Below are positions 20,017 through 24,000 of a DNA stretch of 24,000 nt, in pieces. Source of the DNA: Allomuricauda sp. d1. GTDB lineage: Bacteria > Bacteroidota > Bacteroidia > Flavobacteriales > Flavobacteriaceae. Position numbers and translations under genes: made by a program. The notes under the pieces are model-generated. The model made no database searches, had not been told where the DNA came from, and worked only from the letters and a program-made list of their open reading frames with translations. The stretch is from NCBI RefSeq assembly GCF_039592695.1, contig NZ_JBBUTK010000003.1, positions 564,244 through 588,243 of the forward strand, written 5' to 3'. Numbering within the stretch: the first letter of the stretch is position 1; each line of letters starts with the position of its first letter.

Positions 20017-21084
20017 CTACAACGCGTCTAAAGGACTGGTGATCTTTGAAAGGCTTCTGGGGGTGACCTTGGTGTACACCTGGGTCGTTTTTATAGAGTT
20101 ATGCCCCAACAATTCTTGAATAAAGCGCATATCGGCCCCAGATTCCAGCAAATGGGTGGCATAGCTGTGGCGAAGGCCGTGAATGCCGATAGTTTTATGA
20201 ACACCCGCCTTTCTCATGGCCGTTTTAAAGACATTTTGCACACTGACCTTGGCATATTGACCCCCATATTGCCCTTCCAACAGATAATTCTGAGGACGGT
20301 ACTCTAGGTAATACCTTCTCAATAGCGGTAAAAGACTTACGGGAAGCGGTACATACCTGTCCTTTTTTCCTTTGGCACCTCGAATGTGCACCATCATACG
20401 CTCACTGTCGATGTCACCAATCTTCAGGTTTACCACTTCTGACACCCGTAGCCCCATGCCATAGGCCAGTTGTAGGGCCACAAGATGTTTTATGTTTGAT
20501 GTTACCGAGAGTATTCTCTTGACCTCATTCTTGCTCAGTGCCTTTGGCAGCACTTGGGGTTTTTTGGGCCTGGGAATGTCAAAAAACATTTTTGGCCGAT
20601 GCAGCACCTGTTCATAATAAAACTTAATGGCATTGATTTTACCATTAAGTTTTCGTTCAGCCATCTGCTCTTTTTGCACACAATACAGAAAATAGTCTTT
20701 TAGCCGCTTGGGGGTCATTTTTTCAACAGGAAAATCTTTTAAAAGCAGTAGCAGATGGTAGAACTCGCTTAAATATTGTTTGATGGTGTTCTGACTGTAC
20801 TGTTTTAGTTTCAATTGTTCATGCATTGAAACATACGCTTGGCGATTGACTTGGTTCACTTTTGACAGTTTTGAACCGATTGTGGGTTTGGGCCCAAGTT
20901 GAAGTGCCTTTCGCACGCTAGGCAAGTCTGGCAGGTACCATGCTTTTTTGGTCTTGCTCCATTTTGCAGAAGGAAATCTTGACCTCAACGCCTCTTGCAG
21001 ATTTTTATCAAACACAAAGCGAACCTGAATGATCGGTCGACCTCGATGCTGGCCAAAGGAGAAGTGATATTTTGAAAAATCCAC
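20017..21084 (-). CDS. Tyrosine recombinase / site-specific integrase adjacent to the cassette-like array
   Basis: Catalytic set: GMGLRVSEVVNL (R), GAKGKKDRYVPLP (K), HGLRHSYATHLL (HxxR), ELLGHNSIKTTQVYTKV (H, Y). GTG start right after an in-frame stop. About 60-aa extra N-terminal region with AKWSKTKKAWYLP. Confidence 0.95.
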   Translation of the reverse strand: MDFSKYHFSFGQHRGRPIIQVRFVFDKNLQEALRSRFPSAKWSKTKKAWYLPDLPSVRKALQLGPKPTIGSKLSKVNQVNRQAYVSMHEQLKLKQYSQNTIKQYLSEFYHLLLLLKDFPVEKMTPKRLKDYFLYCVQKEQMAERKLNGKINAIKFYYEQVLHRPKMFFDIPRPKKPQVLPKALSKNEVKRILSVTSNIKHLVALQLAYGMGLRVSEVVNLKIGDIDSERMMVHIRGAKGKKDRYVPLPVSLLPLLRRYYLEYRPQNYLLEGQYGGQYAKVSVQNVFKTAMRKAGVHKTIGIHGLRHSYATHLLESGADMRFIQELLGHNSIKTTQVYTKVTPRSLSKITSPLDAL

Positions 21085-21109
21085 TTAGGTGTTTTGTATA
21101 TCTTCTTTT

Positions 21110-21142
21110 CAAAGATATATGTTTTATATACAAAATGCCCAA
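21110..21142 (-). promoter_or_regulatory. Candidate recombinase promoter (Bacteroidota-type -7 box)
   Basis: Minus strand TATCTTTG (matches TAnnTTTG) 25 nt upstream of the GTG start, with TTG 22 nt upstream, wider than the usual spacing. Confidence 0.35.
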
Positions 21143-21173
21143 CACAATGATGTATTTATATTTTGCGTTATTA

Positions 21174-21203
21174 TTGCGATACAAAAGAATATAAGTACTT
21201 TAG
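21174..21203 (+). promoter_or_regulatory. Candidate array-facing promoter (Pc-like)
   Basis: TTG-N19-TACTTTAG, one mismatch to the Bacteroidota consensus TTG-N19-TAnnTTTG, 33 nt before the first core site and pointing into the array. Confidence 0.4.
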
Positions 21204-21235
21204 GGTGGGTTATATAAAACTACACCTATTTACGT

Positions 21236-21245
21236 GTTAGGCAAC
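21236..21245 (+). other. Core recombination-like site 0 (start of unit 1)
   Basis: GTTAGGCAAC; exact inverse complement GTTGCCTAAC at 21990-21999. Matches the integron core consensus GTTRRRY. Confidence 0.65.
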
Positions 21246-22120
21246 ATATGAGACAACTTAACATTCACGAATTGGAAAGCAAAACGCACGACTATTTTTT
21301 GGACGTGGAATATGCCCAGCATAATGACGTGAAAAATAAGTTAACTCAACTAATGAATTTTTTGAGCAGCCAAGATATATCCAAGAACATTCTAGAGAGG
21401 ATAAAAGAAGATTACAATGATTTATATCAAAAACTTGACCCCCTTAATGACCAATCCCCAGAAAGAACCAAAAGAGATATTATAGAACAACTTTTAACAC
21501 CAGACCACCAAGGAGCCTTTGGATATTTTCTCATTGAAAAGAAGTTCAAAGAGCCAAGAAAAGTTTCTCAACATTATATCGATTTATCCTGGAAGTGGTA
21601 CAGTCGAGGACATAATTATAATGAACAACAAGATGGTTTTAATTTCTATTTTTTAAAACCTTTTAAAGAGTTATTCGACTGGTATTTATCTGAAAGTCAA
21701 ACCGAAAAGGAATCGGACTTTTTTTCATATAAAAGTCAAGAAAAAGTCTTTGAAAAATTAGATAACCTTGAGGAAATGCTAACAAAACAAGGATTTGGAC
21801 AAGGGATAATCTTTAATGAAATTGAGGAACTAAAGGAATTGACTAAAAAGCTGAATAAAAAAAATTGGAGTGAAATCATTAAAGGTAAGTTCGTGGACTT
21901 AGCCTTAGGAGGTATTCTAACAAAAGAAGCTGCAATCAAAGCAATTGAATTCCTAACTGGAACGGAACTGAATTTATTAAAATAAATACGTTGCCTAACA
22001 ATGGCTATAATTCAGCTTTGCCCTCTGCCCTACTTGAAAATCTATATCTTTAAATCGGCTGGATTTCGAAGCTGGAAAATCCCGTTGGGATTTCCCAAGC
22101 CGAAATCATAGCCGAGACCG
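21237..22120 (+). mobile_element. Cassette-like unit 1
   Basis: Bounded by G|TTAGGC (21236) and G|TTGTGG (22120); one ORF plus attC-like structured 3' end. Confidence 0.6.
21248..21985 (+). CDS. Hypothetical protein (unit 1 cargo)
   Basis: 245 aa, ATG 11 nt after the core junction, stop 4 nt before the inverse-complement box. No family recognised. Confidence 0.8.
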   Translation: MRQLNIHELESKTHDYFLDVEYAQHNDVKNKLTQLMNFLSSQDISKNILERIKEDYNDLYQKLDPLNDQSPERTKRDIIEQLLTPDHQGAFGYFLIEKKFKEPRKVSQHYIDLSWKWYSRGHNYNEQQDGFNFYFLKPFKELFDWYLSESQTEKESDFFSYKSQEKVFEKLDNLEEMLTKQGFGQGIIFNEIEELKELTKKLNKKNWSEIIKGKFVDLALGGILTKEAAIKAIEFLTGTELNLLK

Positions 22121-22129
22121 TTGTGGGTA
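21990..22129 (+). repeat. attC-like site 1
   Basis: GTTGCCTAAC ... arm GGCTATAATTCAGCTTTG (22003-22020) versus CCCAAGCCGAAATCATAGCC (22094-22113) ... GTTGTGGGTA (22120-22129). Confidence 0.65.
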
Positions 22130-23117
22130 ATGTTGACCAACCAATGGAAATAAACGAACAAGCAAAATATATTGACCATTTTTTAAGAGAATTATATAAT
22201 TCATCTTTTGCTACATCATTAGCAATGGGAATTGAAATGAAACAATTACCAAGTCAACAGAACAAAGAGAAATTTAAGACATTAGAATACATCTTGGAAG
22301 AATTAGAATTGGTCGAATTTGTGCTTGGAAGAGATAATTCAACTTTGAGCGGACAATGTGAATATCACATAAGTGGGAAAGGTCGTGAGCTGGTCGAAAG
22401 AAACGAATCAAGTATTGGATTACTTTTAGAAAGAGAAATTCAAAATGTGACAAAAAATAATCCTTTGTTTGACGACAAAGAATGGGATAAATATTATGAC
22501 CGACTTCTTGAAAAAAGAGCTGACCAAGCAGATTTTTTTCTTGATATGATAATTGAGAAGAAACTCATAAATCTTGACAAATCTACATTGAGAAAATATT
22601 TTAAAGAATGGTTCAAAGAAAATCAAGAATTCGATTTACAAATAAAGAATGGAGATTTGGCAATAGAAGATGGTGATTTACAAACTGTACCTGACTTCAG
22701 CGAAGAAAACATACCTGAATTTATTAAATGGTTTCAGGAAAAAGGAAATGAATTTATGGACTTTCTAAAAGAAAAAGGGTTAAGTGTTCAAGAAAACTCA
22801 AAAGAACAGATTATTAACCAAGGAAATCTTATAATAAACAAGGATTCTAAAATTAAAACTCAATCCATTGGAGAAGAAAAAGAACAAAAAGAATCGAATT
22901 GGAATAAAACAAACGTTATCATAGCTTTAGTAGTTGGAATAGCGACAATTATAGGTGTGATTTGGCAAATAATAGGATAAAAAACACTACCCACAACAAC
23001 GTGTATAGCTCATTGCGGCTCTAATGGTTATTTGAATCTATTTTCCTACAAACAATCTTTACATTCTTCGGAATAAAACGTACCTTAAATCCCGCAACGA
23101 AGCCATACACAATACCG
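22121..23117 (+). mobile_element. Cassette-like unit 2
   Basis: Starts TTGTGGGTA; GTTGTGGGTA (22120-22129) is the exact inverse complement of TACCCACAAC (22988-22997), which lies just after the ORF. Confidence 0.6.
22144..22980 (+). CDS. Hypothetical protein with C-terminal TM anchor (unit 2 cargo)
   Basis: MEINEQAKYIDHFLRELYNSSFATS...; ends NVIIALVVGIATIIGVIWQIIG. ATG at 22144 preferred over the GTG at 22123, which lies inside the core site. Confidence 0.8.
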   Translation: MEINEQAKYIDHFLRELYNSSFATSLAMGIEMKQLPSQQNKEKFKTLEYILEELELVEFVLGRDNSTLSGQCEYHISGKGRELVERNESSIGLLLEREIQNVTKNNPLFDDKEWDKYYDRLLEKRADQADFFLDMIIEKKLINLDKSTLRKYFKEWFKENQEFDLQIKNGDLAIEDGDLQTVPDFSEENIPEFIKWFQEKGNEFMDFLKEKGLSVQENSKEQIINQGNLIINKDSKIKTQSIGEEKEQKESNWNKTNVIIALVVGIATIIGVIWQIIG

Positions 23118-23127
23118 ATGATGTCGA
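22988..23127 (+). repeat. attC-like site 2
   Basis: TACCCACAAC ... arm GTGTATAGCTCATTGCGGC (23001-23019) versus CCCGCAACGAAGCCATACAC (23091-23110) ... GATGATGTCGA (23117-23127). Confidence 0.6.
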
Positions 23128-23470
23128 ATACGCCTGCGGCGTACTTTTGCTGCACTGCTGGCGCAGTCACCGCACCAAAAGCGAGTCGACATCATCGCCG
23201 CGCTATGCCAGATTGCAAAGACCGCAGGATAAGGGACATTCTTGACAATATCGCCGCAACGGCTCAACTACTCGACATATCGGGACGCTATATGCAATCT
23301 GGTCGACTGATTTTATTCCCAATACCGCAAAATCCACAAGGAAACGTCCGCTGGTGCGGACTCCTTGGCGAACAATGCCGCAGGGTAAACCCGATGCCAA
23401 TCCCAGCGGCATTGTTGAAAGGATTTTGCTATATTTCCATAAAATCCGCCGGACTTCACATAGCGCGGCG
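23118..23470 (+). mobile_element. Cassette-like unit 3: GC-rich, highly structured, no convincing ORF
   Basis: GATGATGTCGA (23117-23127) and inverse TCGACATCATC (23186-23196); CGCCGCGCTATG (23196-23207) and inverse CATAGCGCGGCG (23459-23470); then G|TTGTGG. Confidence 0.4.
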
Positions 23471-24000
23471 TTGTGGTTAATTTTCCAATGAAAGGACTGC
23501 TTAAAACAATTTCGGAAAAAGCTATTGAACTTCAGGATTTTTCATATTCCGAAGAGCAAATCCAGCATAAATGGCTAGGGACAAAACCCGTAACGGAAAA
23601 TGAACTTGAATCAATTGAAAAAAGGTTGGGAATTCAATTACCAGAGGACTATATCAATTTTCTGAAAATAACCAATGGATTTTCAGCTCCAAACCTTGTG
23701 GAACCGACTTTTGAGCCTTTTTGGAAAATTGACTTTCTTAAAGAAGTGGACAACTTCATAATCGAAGTTTGGAAGAAAAATGGACTTACCGAAATTGGAA
23801 AAAATCTTGAAAGCAGCATTATAGTCGGAGGAATTGAAGAAGAACAATACTTTTTACTAATTCCACCCGAAAAGGCAAATGACAACTGGAAATATTGGAA
23901 ATTCAGTTCATGGCAACCAGGGGAGGACGAATATGAAAACCTTCAGGACTATTTTGAAAAGGTTCTGGAATTTACACTTGACGAACTAGAACATAAATAA
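23471..24000 (+). mobile_element. Cassette-like unit 4, 3' end beyond window
   Basis: Starts at G|TTGTGGTTAA (23470); ORF opens 17 nt later. The attC-like partner would lie past 24000. Confidence 0.45.
23488..24000 (+). CDS. SMI1/KNR4 (SUKH superfamily) protein, unit 4 cargo
   Basis: VTENELESIEKRLGIQLPEDYINFLKITNGF plus downstream SUKH-like strands; stop TAA at 23998-24000. Start at internal ATG 23488; ORF track opens at GTG 23473 in the core site. Confidence 0.8.
   Translation: MKGLLKTISEKAIELQDFSYSEEQIQHKWLGTKPVTENELESIEKRLGIQLPEDYINFLKITNGFSAPNLVEPTFEPFWKIDFLKEVDNFIIEVWKKNGLTEIGKNLESSIIVGGIEEEQYFLLIPPEKANDNWKYWKFSSWQPGEDEYENLQDYFEKVLEFTLDELEHK

Noticed and set aside
20017-21084. Calling the recombinase a bona fide IntI integron integrase
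   Set aside because: Although it ends in SPLDAL, as I recall for the IntI1 region, and sits in the right place and orientation, the IntI-specific additional domain is not visible between the K region and HxxR. It is called a tyrosine recombinase only.
21990-22129. Ordinary rho-independent terminator between genes
   Set aside because: The stem arms are about 70 nt apart and bracketed by core boxes that pair with the start of the flanking units; there is no U-tract after the stem.
23118-23480. 120-aa plus-strand ORF starting in the GATGATG core site
   Set aside because: Low-complexity, Arg/Cys/Ala-rich translation of a strongly palindromic GC-rich region, running to the next core site; looks like an open frame by composition. 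Kept only as a structured unit.
21236-24000. CRISPR array or simple tandem repeat explanation
   Set aside because: The repeated elements are not direct repeats of fixed sequence; they share boxes and stem geometry, and are separated by protein-coding units of about 740-860 bp.

Overview
24 kb of a Bacteroidota (Flavobacteriaceae-like) chromosome. About 1-20,000 is ordinary housekeeping/accessory sequence: partial riboflavin synthase, SSS symporter, TauE/SafE permease, a CAT-anticodon tRNA, methylmalonyl-CoA epimerase, rbfA, FtsX-like permease, dusB, outer-membrane beta-barrel protein, lepA, cation:proton antiporter, MBL hydrolase, S8, M1 and S41 peptidases. One oddity there is an in-frame DUF559-like nuclease/RnpA fusion with a repeat-derived linker. 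The main discovery candidate is the right end (about 20,017-24,000), which has integron architecture. A tyrosine recombinase on the minus strand points away from a head-to-tail array of compact plus-strand units (about 21,237-24,000). Three of the four unit boundaries carry G|TT core sites (GTTAGGC, GTTGTGG, GTTGTGG); the fourth is G|AT. In the three units fully inside the window, the core sequence is matched by an exact 10-11 nt inverse complement, just past the ORF in the two units that have a clear ORF. The first two of these sites then fold as long imperfect stems that resemble attC: one extra base at the same stem position, and mismatches that become G-T wobbles only on the bottom strand. 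The recombinase lacks the extra IntI-specific domain of classical integron integrases, judged by reading the sequence. Unit cargo is two unknown proteins, one GC-rich highly structured unit with no convincing ORF, and a SUKH (SMI1/KNR4-like) protein.
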